Below, piece after piece: positions 20,430 through 30,050 of a DNA stretch of 64,000 nucleotides. A program made the translations under genes and the position numbers. The first letter of the stretch is position 1. The number at the start of each line of letters is the position of its first letter. Where the stretch lies: positions 2,237 to 66,236 of the forward strand of contig JAPPFB010000018.1 of the NCBI GenBank assembly GCA_028875225.1, in the 5' to 3' direction. This stretch comes from Chloroflexota bacterium. Lineage in GTDB: Bacteria > Chloroflexota > Dehalococcoidia > Bin125. The notes under the pieces are model-generated. The model was given only the letters and a program-made list of their open reading frames with translations, searched no databases and was not told the DNA's origin.

Positions 20430-22316
20430 ATGTCCGTTGAACGAATCGAGATCACCCACCAGGAGCCCTACGCCGACGGCCAGGACTTTGGCGCGCACGG
20501 ACCCTTCGAGCTGATCCGCGCTCGGCTGCGCTATGCCGTCAATCCCATGCTGGAGGACCATCGGCGCATCACCGACCTCGAGTGCGCCAACCGGGGCACG
20601 GACGGATGCGTCCGCTTCAGCGGCGACCTGGTGCTGATTCGGCCCCAGGATTCGTCGGCCGGCAACTGCGCGTTGGTGATCGACGTGCCCAACCGAGGAC
20701 GCAGTCTGCTGCCCAGCGCGCTCAACCGTACACCGCCCGAGTTCTCGCTGACCGATCCGCTGCATCCCGGCGACGGCTTCCTCTTCAGCCAGGGATTTAG
20801 CGTCGCCTCCGTCGCCTGGCAGTGGAACACGCCGGACATGGAGACGCTGCTCGACTTCGAGGCGCCGGAGGCGCTTGGCCTGGACGGCAATTCGATCTCC
20901 GGCGAGGCGATCACCGACCTCCGCCCCAGCGAGGCGGTCGCCTCGATGCCGATTGAACACCTCGCTCAGCCTGGCTATCCGGTCTCCGACAACGAGGACG
21001 GCCGCGCGCGCCTCTATGAACGCGACTTCGAGGACGACGAGCCGCGCGAGATTCCCCGCGACCGCTGGCGATTCGCGCGCCAGACCGCCGATGGCGTTGT
21101 GCCCAGCACCCGCGACCTCTGGATCGAGGACGGATTCACGCCCGGCAAGATCTACGAGGTTGTCTACCCCACCGACCGCTCGCCGGTCGTGGGAACCGGA
21201 CTGCTCGCCTTCCGCGACGCCGCCCTCTTCCTGCGCAACTGGCAACGCTCCTACGAGCGCGTGCACGGCTTCGGCATCTCCCAGAGCGGCCGATTCCTCC
21301 GCCATCTCCTCTATCTCGGCCTCAACCGCGATCCGGACGCTCCGACTGAACGCGCCTTCGACGGCATGCACATCCACGTCGCCGGCGGCATCCGTGGTGA
21401 ATTCAATCGCCGCTACGGGCAGCCATCGCAGCTCTTCCTCGCCGGCCCGATCCACGAGTTCCCCTTCGCCGACGTGACTCGCGACGACTCATTGACCGAC
21501 GTCGCCGACGGCCTACTCAAGCGCTCCGACGAACAGGGCGTCACGCCGAAGATCGTCAAGACCAATACCAGCTGGGAATACTGGCGCGGCGACGCGTCGC
21601 TGATCGACATCGACCCGGCCACGGGCGAGGACATCCCTCAGCATCCCGACTCACGCCACTACCTGCTCGCCTGCACTCAGCACGGCGCCGGGCAGGCCGA
21701 GCCGATTGACAGCTTCTACCTGACCGCCGACCGCAGCATGTACCGCCACAACGCCGTCGACCAGTCGCCGCTAATGCGGGCCGCGCTAGTTAACCTCGAC
21801 CGTTGGACCGCCGGTGAGTCCGAACCGCCACCGACCTGCGTGCCCAGCCTGTCCAACGGCACGGCTGCGACCCGAGACGACGTGCTGTCGCAACTCAGCG
21901 ATCGAGTAACCACGCCCGACGCCGATCGTCTCTCCAGAGTCCGAACCGTCGACTGGTCGACCCTGCCGCCGGTCGAGGGCGACGAATACCAGGGCTACGT
22001 CTCCGCCATCGACGACGTCGGAAACGAAGTCGCCGGCCTCCGGCTGCCCGACCTGACCCAGCCGCTCGGTCTGCACACCGGCTGGAACCCGCGACACCCC
22101 GAAACCGGCGGCGAGCATCTCACCAGCCACTTCGTCGGTCTGACCCAGTGGCTCAGCCGAGACGAAATCCTCGCCCGCTACGGCGACAGGGCGTCGTATC
22201 TCGATCGCGTTAGAGCTGACGCCGAACGGTTGGCGACGGATTGCATCATCCTCGCCGAGGACATTGACCTCGTCGTTGCCAACTGCGCCGAACGCTGGGA
22301 TGTCGCCGTGCGTTGA
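20430..22316 (+). CDS. Large hypothetical protein with lipase-like GxSxG (GISQSG) motif, putative alpha/beta hydrolase
   Basis: 628 aa, high GC3. Single serine-hydrolase elbow HGFGISQSGRF. No other recognised family motif. Confidence 0.55.
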   Translation: MSVERIEITHQEPYADGQDFGAHGPFELIRARLRYAVNPMLEDHRRITDLECANRGTDGCVRFSGDLVLIRPQDSSAGNCALVIDVPNRGRSLLPSALNRTPPEFSLTDPLHPGDGFLFSQGFSVASVAWQWNTPDMETLLDFEAPEALGLDGNSISGEAITDLRPSEAVASMPIEHLAQPGYPVSDNEDGRARLYERDFEDDEPREIPRDRWRFARQTADGVVPSTRDLWIEDGFTPGKIYEVVYPTDRSPVVGTGLLAFRDAALFLRNWQRSYERVHGFGISQSGRFLRHLLYLGLNRDPDAPTERAFDGMHIHVAGGIRGEFNRRYGQPSQLFLAGPIHEFPFADVTRDDSLTDVADGLLKRSDEQGVTPKIVKTNTSWEYWRGDASLIDIDPATGEDIPQHPDSRHYLLACTQHGAGQAEPIDSFYLTADRSMYRHNAVDQSPLMRAALVNLDRWTAGESEPPPTCVPSLSNGTAATRDDVLSQLSDRVTTPDADRLSRVRTVDWSTLPPVEGDEYQGYVSAIDDVGNEVAGLRLPDLTQPLGLHTGWNPRHPETGGEHLTSHFVGLTQWLSRDEILARYGDRASYLDRVRADAERLATDCIILAEDIDLVVANCAERWDVAVR

Positions 22317-22326
22317 CCTCGGCCGC

Positions 22327-23520
22327 TCAGCCGGTGGACACGATTCCCGACTGGGCGAGCGCTTCAACCTCGGAGGCTGCTAGCCCGAGCTCCTCGGCCA
22401 GCACCTCGGCCGTGTGCTCGCCCAACAGCGGCGCTCGGCGATGGACGGCCGGGCTCTCGCTCAGCCGAATCGGGCAGCCAAGCAGTGTCATCGGACCGCG
22501 GGTCGGATGCTCAATATCGACCAGCATCCCGCGCTCGCGCAGGTGCTCGTTGGCGAAGATCTCACCCGAGTCCAGTACCGGCCCGGACGGTACACCGACC
22601 TCGCGCATCTTGTCCATGACTTCGTACTTGGTCCGCTGACTGGTCCAGGCCTCAATCGCCTGACGGACATCGTCGCCTTCGTTGCGAGTGATTCCGCGAG
22701 CGCCGTTTGACTCCGCCAGATCCGGCCGCCCGATCGTCTCCATCAGCGCTTTGCGCATCCGGCCGCCGGCGACAACGATCCAGACCCAGTCGGACCGCCC
22801 GCCGGGCTTGCATGGGAACAGTCCGGTCGGCGCGGTCAAACCGTCGCCGTAGGGTGGCGCGGGATCGCCAGCAATTTCGCGGCGGGTCATCGGGACTCGG
22901 GTGTAGTTGGTCACGGCCTCCATCATCGACAACTCGACCTTCTGGCCGACGCCGTCGCGCTGGCGCTGCCAGAGCGCGGCCAGCATGCCAATCGCCGCCT
23001 GCACGCCGGTGCCGGTGTCGCCGATCGTCGGGCCGGGCTTGAGCGGCATGCCGTCCGCCATGCCGGTCACCGCCATCGCACCGCCGGCCGCCTGGGCGAC
23101 CATGTCGAACGACTTCGTCGGCGCCCAGGGACCGGTCGTGCCGAAGCCCTTGACCGTGCAGTAGATCAGCTGCGGATGAAGCTCCTTGAGCGTGTCGTAG
23201 CCGATGCCCAGCCGCTCCATCGTGCCCAGCGTGAAGTTCTCGACGACGATATCGAAGTTGGGCACCAGTTTGAGGAAGATCTCACGGCCTTCGTCGGTCT
23301 TGAGATCGAGCGTCAGCGAACGTTTGTTGTTGTTCAACGTGATGAAGTAAGTCGAGTCGACCGAATTGCCGGCGCCCAGACGTCTGCCTGGTTCACCTCG
23401 TCCGGGCGGCTCCACCTTGACGATCTGAGCGCCCAGCCAGCCCAGGGCCTGGGTCGAGGAGGTCCCCGCCTCGTATTGGGTCAGATCCAGAATTCGAACA
23501 TCCGACAGCGCCAAGGCCAT
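22327..23520 (-). CDS. Family III CoA-transferase (CaiB/BaiF/Frc-like)
   Basis: 397 aa. N-terminal VRILDLTQYEAGTSSTQALGWLGAQIVKVEPP. Central catalytic Asp region. Confidence 0.85.
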   Translation of the reverse strand: MALALSDVRILDLTQYEAGTSSTQALGWLGAQIVKVEPPGRGEPGRRLGAGNSVDSTYFITLNNNKRSLTLDLKTDEGREIFLKLVPNFDIVVENFTLGTMERLGIGYDTLKELHPQLIYCTVKGFGTTGPWAPTKSFDMVAQAAGGAMAVTGMADGMPLKPGPTIGDTGTGVQAAIGMLAALWQRQRDGVGQKVELSMMEAVTNYTRVPMTRREIAGDPAPPYGDGLTAPTGLFPCKPGGRSDWVWIVVAGGRMRKALMETIGRPDLAESNGARGITRNEGDDVRQAIEAWTSQRTKYEVMDKMREVGVPSGPVLDSGEIFANEHLRERGMLVDIEHPTRGPMTLLGCPIRLSESPAVHRRAPLLGEHTAEVLAEELGLAASEVEALAQSGIVSTG

Positions 23521-23600
23521 GGTCAGCCCCTCTCAAGTCTGGGGTGAGGATAGCCACTCCAGGGCTATTGATTGACGAACAGGGCTGAGTCGAACGGCGC

Positions 23601-24029
23601 TTACTGCCGAATGCCCTTGAGGCGGACAGCTGGCAGCCGCCTAAGTCGCTGATTCAGCGGATCCACTTCTATGCCGAGAGATTCCAGTGCGGTCACGCCA
23701 AGCAGCGGTTCGGCGTCGTCATCGCCAAACATAACCGTTGAGCCAACAATCTCCCCAAGGATCTCGAGTCTTGCGACGGCAATGTCGAGGCGCAGTTCGC
23801 TGCCGTCGGCCAAGACGTAGACGCGCTGCCCATCAGGTTCGATGCCAATCTCCTCCAGATGACATCTCGGAACCAAGGAATCCGTCGCACCCGTGTCGAC
23901 CAGAAACAAACCGCTCCACTCGCGGTTGTGATCGCCGGGATTACTCACATTGACGGTCACGTGCGTGGCCCCCATGGCAGGGCTCCTACTCGTAGGCTCT
24001 TGGTTTGATGATACCAGTTTGATAGTCAT
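23601..24029 (-). CDS. Retropepsin-like (clan AA) aspartic protease
   Basis: 142 aa (or 125 aa from ATG at 23975; both have GAGGAG-type RBS). FLVDTGATDSLV active-site D-T-G motif. Local GC of about 58%, below window average. Confidence 0.6.
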   Translation of the reverse strand: MTIKLVSSNQEPTSRSPAMGATHVTVNVSNPGDHNREWSGLFLVDTGATDSLVPRCHLEEIGIEPDGQRVYVLADGSELRLDIAVARLEILGEIVGSTVMFGDDDAEPLLGVTALESLGIEVDPLNQRLRRLPAVRLKGIRQ

Positions 24030-24041
24030 GTGGGAGTCTCC

Positions 24042-26228
24042 TCAGTCAGCCGCGACGACCACTCCGGCCTCAGACAGGTCAGGCTCACGCTGGCCGAACA
24101 CTTCCTTGGCTGCCGAGCCAGGCAGCATCGCCGGCCGTCCGATCGTGACCGGCGTTCGGCTCATCTTGATCGATGGGCCATTGGTCCGTACTCGACCTCG
24201 GCCTTCGTGCTCACGAGTCACCGACATGCCATTGGTGACGGCGCGGTACTCGGTCATCGCCTCCTCAACGGAACCCACTGGCGACGCGCCTATCCCGTTC
24301 GACGTCAGCTCGGTTACCCACTCGGCGACGGTCTTCGTTGCGAACTCGTCTGCGCTGGGCATGTCGGCCGATTGCTCCGGCTTCGCGCCGGCGAACAGCC
24401 AACCGTCGGATGCCTCGTAGAGACGGTGCAGCGGTCCCTCGCCCACCGCGTCCTGGCCGGCCGGCTCGTCCCAGTGCTTGCCTTCGTAGCCGTGCAGCAT
24501 GTTCGACTGGAGCGTGCTGGCCGTGCGAGCCAGCGCTGTGAAGACCTGCTGGCCCTCGCCGGTTCGCAGACGGTGATATAGCGCCATGCCCACGCCGAAC
24601 GCGCCGTTGATCCCGGTGCCGTAGTCGTTGATCGCGAACGGTTGCAGCGTCGGCTCGGTGTCGCCGTAGCGGGTCATCATCCCGCTCGCCGACTGCGCCA
24701 GCTGCTCCCATCCGGCCCGCTCGGCCCACGGACCGATCTCGCCGAATGCGTTCAGCGACGCGTAGACCACATCGGGATTGACTTGCCGCACCGACTCATA
24801 GTCGACGCCCAATCCGCCAACCTTGCCCAGGCGATAGTTCTGGACCACGACATCGACGTCTGCGGCCAGTTCCAGGAAGACCTCGCGGCCCTCGTCGCGC
24901 TTGAGATCGAGCAGCACTGACCGCTTGCCGCGATTGATGTCCTCGTGCAGCATGATCCCGTTCTCGCGGGAGGGGTTGTCGATCTTGACGACATCTGCGC
25001 CGTACTCGGCCAGCGTGCGTCCGCAGGTGGGTCCGGCGAGAATGATGCACAGGTCGAGGGCCGTCATCCCCTCCAGCGCTTGCGACAGTCGATCGCCCGG
25101 CGCGCGGATCGCAGACGGCGCCGATGCCGACAGTTCAGCGAGGATGTCGTCGCGATCGTTGTCGAGCGCCGTACGAGGCCCTCGAATCTCGCCCGGCGTT
25201 CCGCCCATGCGAACCTGGATGCCCGGTTGCAGCATCGGCCCCAGTTCGGGGTCGTCCAGTTCGACGATGATCTCCGCTTCACGGGCGTGCGGCTCGTGCA
25301 ACCACTCCGAGGAGTCGAGACAGCGCACGGTCGGCGGTCCGTTGCCGCCGTCGTTGATCAAGTCTTCCCACTCTTTCGCTGTGCGGGTCAGGAAGATGTT
25401 GGTCAGGTGGGCGCGCGCGGTGTCGGCCAGGGAGAAGTCTTGTAGGATTTCCGACGCCTTCGACCACGGCTCGTCCAGCCACTGCGGCACACCCGCCGAG
25501 ACGCAGAACTGCCGGATGAAGTGCGAATAGGCGGCATGGAAGAAGACCCAGCGCCCGTCGGAGCATTCGTACGGCCCAACCCAGGGCACCGGCGGCCGCG
25601 GCGCTTCACGGTCGAGGTATCTCAGGCCGCGGATGCCAATCGCCTGATACAGACTGTCGTGCAGCGATGCCTCAATCTGTTGGCCGAAGCCGTCGCGCTC
25701 CCGCGCGACCAGCGCCATCGCCACACCGGCGCAACCGGTAAAGGCCGCGTATGAGGAGGCGATGGGGATCGCCGTGTAGACGGGCTTGGGCGCGTCTTGC
25801 ATGAGGGATCCGCTGTAGGTGCCGACCGGCGCTGAGACGACGCCTTCCCAGCCGGGCACGGACGCGCGCTCATCGTCGGAAGAAAACCCCGGCAGCGACA
25901 GATAGATCAGCCGGTCGTTACTGTTGGTCGACTCCTCTGCGCCCAGTCCCAGCCGATCCATGACTCCGGGCCGGAAGTTTTCGACCACCACGTCAGCCGA
26001 AGCGATCAATTCCTGTGCCGTGCGACGACCGTCGGCGGTCTTGAGATCGAGCGACATGCGCCGCTTGCCGCGATTCCAGACCGCGTTCCCCGGTGTGTCC
26101 CACAATGGTCCCGACGGTGGGTCGACGCGAAACACGTCGGCCCCGTGGTCGGCGAGCATCATCGCCGCCAGCGGTCCTGCCATATATTGGCCGAAATCAA
26201 TGACCCGAATTCCGTCGAGCGCACCCAT
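24042..26228 (-). CDS. Tandem didomain family III CoA-transferase (two CaiB/BaiF modules fused)
   Basis: 728 aa from ATG at 26228 (GGAGG RBS). First module begins IRVIDFGQYMAGPLAAMMLADHGADVFRVDPP. Second begins MTALDLCIILAGPTCGRTLAEYGADVVKIDNP. Confidence 0.8.
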   Translation of the reverse strand: MGALDGIRVIDFGQYMAGPLAAMMLADHGADVFRVDPPSGPLWDTPGNAVWNRGKRRMSLDLKTADGRRTAQELIASADVVVENFRPGVMDRLGLGAEESTNSNDRLIYLSLPGFSSDDERASVPGWEGVVSAPVGTYSGSLMQDAPKPVYTAIPIASSYAAFTGCAGVAMALVARERDGFGQQIEASLHDSLYQAIGIRGLRYLDREAPRPPVPWVGPYECSDGRWVFFHAAYSHFIRQFCVSAGVPQWLDEPWSKASEILQDFSLADTARAHLTNIFLTRTAKEWEDLINDGGNGPPTVRCLDSSEWLHEPHAREAEIIVELDDPELGPMLQPGIQVRMGGTPGEIRGPRTALDNDRDDILAELSASAPSAIRAPGDRLSQALEGMTALDLCIILAGPTCGRTLAEYGADVVKIDNPSRENGIMLHEDINRGKRSVLLDLKRDEGREVFLELAADVDVVVQNYRLGKVGGLGVDYESVRQVNPDVVYASLNAFGEIGPWAERAGWEQLAQSASGMMTRYGDTEPTLQPFAINDYGTGINGAFGVGMALYHRLRTGEGQQVFTALARTASTLQSNMLHGYEGKHWDEPAGQDAVGEGPLHRLYEASDGWLFAGAKPEQSADMPSADEFATKTVAEWVTELTSNGIGASPVGSVEEAMTEYRAVTNGMSVTREHEGRGRVRTNGPSIKMSRTPVTIGRPAMLPGSAAKEVFGQREPDLSEAGVVVAAD

Positions 26229-26267
26229 AACCGCCTCCATCGCCTGTCAATCCAGTGCGAGTAGAGG

Positions 26268-26879
26268 TTAACCGCTGACGTGGTGGTTCAGCGCCTCGCC
26301 AACGGCGACATCGATCGCTGCCTGGAAATCCGCGATAGAGCCATCGTTGTGCAACACAAGATCGGCCCGTGACGCGCGTACTCTCCACGGCGTCGCTGAA
26401 GCCATCCGCTGCTCGGCTTCCACGCGCGTCAGGCTGTTGCGAGCCATGAGGCGAACAATCGCGGTGTCATCCTCTGAGGCGACGAGCCAGCCGGCGTCGC
26501 AGATTTCCATGTACGGACCTTCAAACAAACGGACGGCTTCGAACACCGCAATCGGGGCGGGATCGTCTTTCAACTCGCCCAGCAGGCGCATGAACTCGCC
26601 CTCGATGTCGCCGATCGCCGTCCGCAGAGCAGCTAACAGGTCGGGCTTGCCGAAGACGATGTCGCCCAACGCCTTGCGGTCGATGGAGCCGTCCGAGCCC
26701 ACTACCTGGTCGCCAAACTGAGCCACGATTCGGTCGAACGCCGGCTTGCCGGGTTCATACATGGTGTGAACGTGCCTGTCGGCGTCGATGTGCCTGGCGC
26801 CGTGAAAGTTGGCCAGGTGCCGACAGAGCACCGACTTGCCGCAGGCGATCGATCCGGTGACGCCGAGCAGATAGGCCAT
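26268..26879 (-). CDS. coaE: Dephospho-CoA kinase
   Basis: 203 aa. N-terminal P-loop LLGVTGSIACGKS. Confidence 0.8.
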   Translation of the reverse strand: MAYLLGVTGSIACGKSVLCRHLANFHGARHIDADRHVHTMYEPGKPAFDRIVAQFGDQVVGSDGSIDRKALGDIVFGKPDLLAALRTAIGDIEGEFMRLLGELKDDPAPIAVFEAVRLFEGPYMEICDAGWLVASEDDTAIVRLMARNSLTRVEAEQRMASATPWRVRASRADLVLHNDGSIADFQAAIDVAVGEALNHHVSG

Positions 26880-26970
26880 TCGCGTAGGGTACCGGCGGGC
26901 CTGACATTCCTTGCCTGGCCGGCTCTAGCCTGTGCCCGAAGCGGCATGTTACGGAGCTGTTGAGGACGCC

Positions 26971-27558
26971 ATGCCCGAACGATGCCAATGGCCCGGCGAC
27001 GATCCCGATGAGATCGCCTACCACGACTCTGATTGGGGCGTACCGACTCAGGACGAATCGACGCTGTTCGAAGCGCTGACGCTTGAGGGCGCACAGGCCG
27101 GATTGTCATGGCATACGATCCTCCTGCGCCGTGCCGGCTATCGTCGCGCCTTCCTGGACTGGAATCTCGAGGCCATCGCCGAGATCGATGCGGCCGGCGT
27201 GGATCTCCTGGTTCAGGATGAAGGAATCATCCGACACCTGGGCAAGATCGAGTCGACGATCGCCAATGCGAACGCCACGCTCCTGCTGCGACAACAGGGA
27301 CTGTCGCTGGCCGAGGTCGTCTGGGCCTACGCCGACCCTTCCAACGAACCGCGCGGCGAGATTCAGTCACAGACCGACGAGTCCAGAGCGATGTCGCGCG
27401 AACTCAAGCGTCGCGGGTTCCGCTTTGTCGGCCCCACGACCTGCTACGCCTTCATGCAAGCGGTGGGAATCGTCAATGACCACGCCGAGACCTGCTTCCG
27501 ATTCCCGGAGATTGTCAGGATGCGCGATAGGCTGCTCAACGAACGGAGCAACACATGA
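26971..27558 (+). CDS. tag: DNA-3-methyladenine glycosylase I
   Basis: Internal ATG (MPERCQWPGDDP...IAYHDSDWGVP...CYAFMQAVGIVNDH) matches Tag throughout. Track ORF starts 39 nt earlier. Confidence 0.8.
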   Translation: MPERCQWPGDDPDEIAYHDSDWGVPTQDESTLFEALTLEGAQAGLSWHTILLRRAGYRRAFLDWNLEAIAEIDAAGVDLLVQDEGIIRHLGKIESTIANANATLLLRQQGLSLAEVVWAYADPSNEPRGEIQSQTDESRAMSRELKRRGFRFVGPTTCYAFMQAVGIVNDHAETCFRFPEIVRMRDRLLNERSNT

Positions 27559-28349
27559 CCTTCCAGCATCTGCGCCTCGATATCTCCGACCAGATCGGCA
27601 CGATCACGCTCGACCGGCCGGAGAAACTCAACGCGCTCTCGCGCGATCTGCACAACGAGATGGTCGCGGCTGCCAGTCAGCTCCAGGCCGACGATGATGT
27701 CCGGGTTGTGATCGTGACCGGCGCCGGACGTGGTTTCTGTTCGGGGGCCGACCTCACTGCCCGGCCTCGCGACGACGCTCCCGACACTCAGAACGATCGT
27801 ATGGACGAGTTCGGCTGGGTCGGCCACCAGGCGCTGGCATTTGGGCACCTGGACAAGCCAACGATTGCCGCTGTCAACGGCGTAGCGGCCGGGGCCGGCA
27901 TGAGCCTGGCGCTGTCCTGCGACCTGCGAGTGGGTTCAGAGAAGGCGCGATTCAAGGTCGTCTTTCTCGAGCGCTCGCTCAGCCCCGACGCCGGCATGAC
28001 CTGGTTCCTGCCCCGCGTCGTGGGCTATCCCAAGGCGGTGGAGTTGGTCCAGACCAGCCGCTTCGTCGAATCGGACGAGGCGCTGCAGATCGGCCTGATC
28101 AACCAGCGCGTCCCGCACGAAGAGTTGATGAACAGCGCTCGGGCCATGGCTCGGGAGATCGCCTTCTGGCCGCCGCTCGCATCGCGCGCGGCCAAGCGTG
28201 TGATGCAGCGCAACCTCAACGCCACGCTTGAGGAGGCGCTGCGCAATGAGATCACCGCGATCTCTCACGCCACGCGTTCCGAGCACGATGTTCGCGAGGC
28301 GCAGGCCTCGTTCATCGAAAAGCGACCGCCGGTCTTCACCGGCGAATAG
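27555..28349 (+). CDS. Enoyl-CoA hydratase/isomerase (crotonase family)
   Basis: 264 aa. TLDRPEKLNAL, VIVTGAGRGFCSGADL oxyanion-hole motif. Confidence 0.85.
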   Translation: MTFQHLRLDISDQIGTITLDRPEKLNALSRDLHNEMVAAASQLQADDDVRVVIVTGAGRGFCSGADLTARPRDDAPDTQNDRMDEFGWVGHQALAFGHLDKPTIAAVNGVAAGAGMSLALSCDLRVGSEKARFKVVFLERSLSPDAGMTWFLPRVVGYPKAVELVQTSRFVESDEALQIGLINQRVPHEELMNSARAMAREIAFWPPLASRAAKRVMQRNLNATLEEALRNEITAISHATRSEHDVREAQASFIEKRPPVFTGE

Positions 28350-28360
28350 TTGGGATCGAC

Positions 28361-28855
28361 GTGTCCGACGTCATCATTCGCGAGGCTGTTCCCAACGACG
28401 CGCAGACGATTCTTGACTTCATCGTCGGCCTGGCCGAGTTCGAGAACGAACCACGCTCCATCGTCGAGGCGACCGTCGAGAGCATCAGCCGCGATGGCTT
28501 CGGCGACAATCGGCTGTTCGAGACGCTGATCGCCGAGCGCGATGGTGAACCGCTCGGAATGGCGCTGTTCTTCCCTCACTATTCGACCTGGACCGGGACT
28601 CCGGTGCTGTACCTCGAGGATCTTTTCGTCAAGCAGGAAGCGCGGGGTTCGGGCGCCGGGTTTGCGCTGATGCAGGCGTTGGCCGAGATCGCCGAGGCAC
28701 GGGGGTGGAAGCGGCTCGATCTCTCCGTGCTCGACTGGAATCCGGCCCGCCGGTTCTATCACCGACTCGGAATGGAGCACGAGTCCGAGTGGTTGCTCTA
28801 CCGGCTCGACGAAGATGGGATTGCCAATCTGGCGCAGACGGGTCGTGATGGCTGA
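28361..28855 (+). CDS. GNAT family N-acetyltransferase
   Basis: 164 aa. QEARGSGAGFALM acetyl-CoA-binding motif. GTG start. Confidence 0.75.
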   Translation: MSDVIIREAVPNDAQTILDFIVGLAEFENEPRSIVEATVESISRDGFGDNRLFETLIAERDGEPLGMALFFPHYSTWTGTPVLYLEDLFVKQEARGSGAGFALMQALAEIAEARGWKRLDLSVLDWNPARRFYHRLGMEHESEWLLYRLDEDGIANLAQTGRDG

Positions 28856-30047
28856 ACTCAAGGTCTACGGCGCACCCTGGTGCCCCGATTGCCGACGCTC
28901 CAAGGCCTTCCTCAGCGAACATCGAATCGACTACGACTGGATCGATGTCGACCAGGACGCCGACGCACTCGCCTACGTGGAAGAGTTGCAGAACGGCGGC
29001 CGCTCGATCCCGACCGTCATTCTGCCCGACGGCGGGATGCTGATTGAACCGAGCGACGAGGAACTTGCACAGGCGCTGGGCGTCCAGGTTCGGCCCCAGC
29101 GACAGTTCTACGACCTTGCCATCATCGGCGGCGGCCCGGCCGGGCTGGCTGCCTCGATCTACGCCGCGCGAGAAGGCATCGACACCGTCGTCATCGAACG
29201 CTCCGCGCTGGGCGGACAGGCAGGTCTGACCAATCGGATCGACAACTATCCCGGCTTTCCCGACGGCGTCGACGGCGACGATTTGATGTCGAAGTTCGTT
29301 GCCCAGGCTCGTCGCTTCGGGGTCGAGTTGCTGTCTGCCGTCGGCGCAACCGATGTCGCCGCTCCGTCCGATGTCGAGATCGCGCTGTCGAGCGGTGATC
29401 GCGTCGCCGCTCACGCGGCGATTCTCACGCCCGGCAGCACGTATCGAAGACTCGGCGTGCCCGGCGAGATGGAACTGATCGGTAGCTCGGTCCACTTCTG
29501 CTCGACCTGCGACGGTCCGTTTTACGCCGGCGCCGGAGAGCTTGCCGTGATCGGCGGCGGCAACTCTGCCCTGGAAGAGGGTCTGTACCTCACCCAGTTC
29601 GCAGAGCAGGTACACATCATTCACCGAGGCGACGAGCTCACCGGCTCGGCCGTGCTGCAGGACAAGGTTCGGTCGCACCCGAGGATTGAGCTGTCGCTTC
29701 GGACGACCGTCAAGTCAATGCAGGGTGACAGCAAGCTTGAGGCGCTGACTCTGGAGTCGAGCGGCACAACGGTGCAAACGTCGCCGGACGGCGTCTTTGT
29801 CTTCATTGGTCTGCAACCGAACACCGAGTTTCTGCACGGCGTCGTCAACCTGGACGAGCGTGGATTCATCACAACCGACGAACGATTCCAGACCAGCGTC
29901 GAGTCGATCTACGCCGCCGGCGACGCGCGAGCCGGTTCAACCAAGCAACTGGGCGCCGCCGTCGGCGAGGGCATTACGGCGTTGATGATGGCTCGCGAGT
30001 ATCTCAGGTCCCACCAGCACATCCGCACTCCGTCGGCGGTTGAGTAG
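28848..30047 (+). CDS. Glutaredoxin-like domain fused to thioredoxin-reductase-like FAD/NAD(P) oxidoreductase
   Basis: Start MAELKVYGAPWCPDC (Grx CPxC) overlaps the GNAT stop (ATGGCTGA). C-terminal part has DLAIIGGGPAG, CSTCDGPF redox CxxC and AAGDARAGS motifs of TrxB. Confidence 0.75.
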   Translation: MAELKVYGAPWCPDCRRSKAFLSEHRIDYDWIDVDQDADALAYVEELQNGGRSIPTVILPDGGMLIEPSDEELAQALGVQVRPQRQFYDLAIIGGGPAGLAASIYAAREGIDTVVIERSALGGQAGLTNRIDNYPGFPDGVDGDDLMSKFVAQARRFGVELLSAVGATDVAAPSDVEIALSSGDRVAAHAAILTPGSTYRRLGVPGEMELIGSSVHFCSTCDGPFYAGAGELAVIGGGNSALEEGLYLTQFAEQVHIIHRGDELTGSAVLQDKVRSHPRIELSLRTTVKSMQGDSKLEALTLESSGTTVQTSPDGVFVFIGLQPNTEFLHGVVNLDERGFITTDERFQTSVESIYAAGDARAGSTKQLGAAVGEGITALMMAREYLRSHQHIRTPSAVE

Positions 30048-30050
30048 CGA

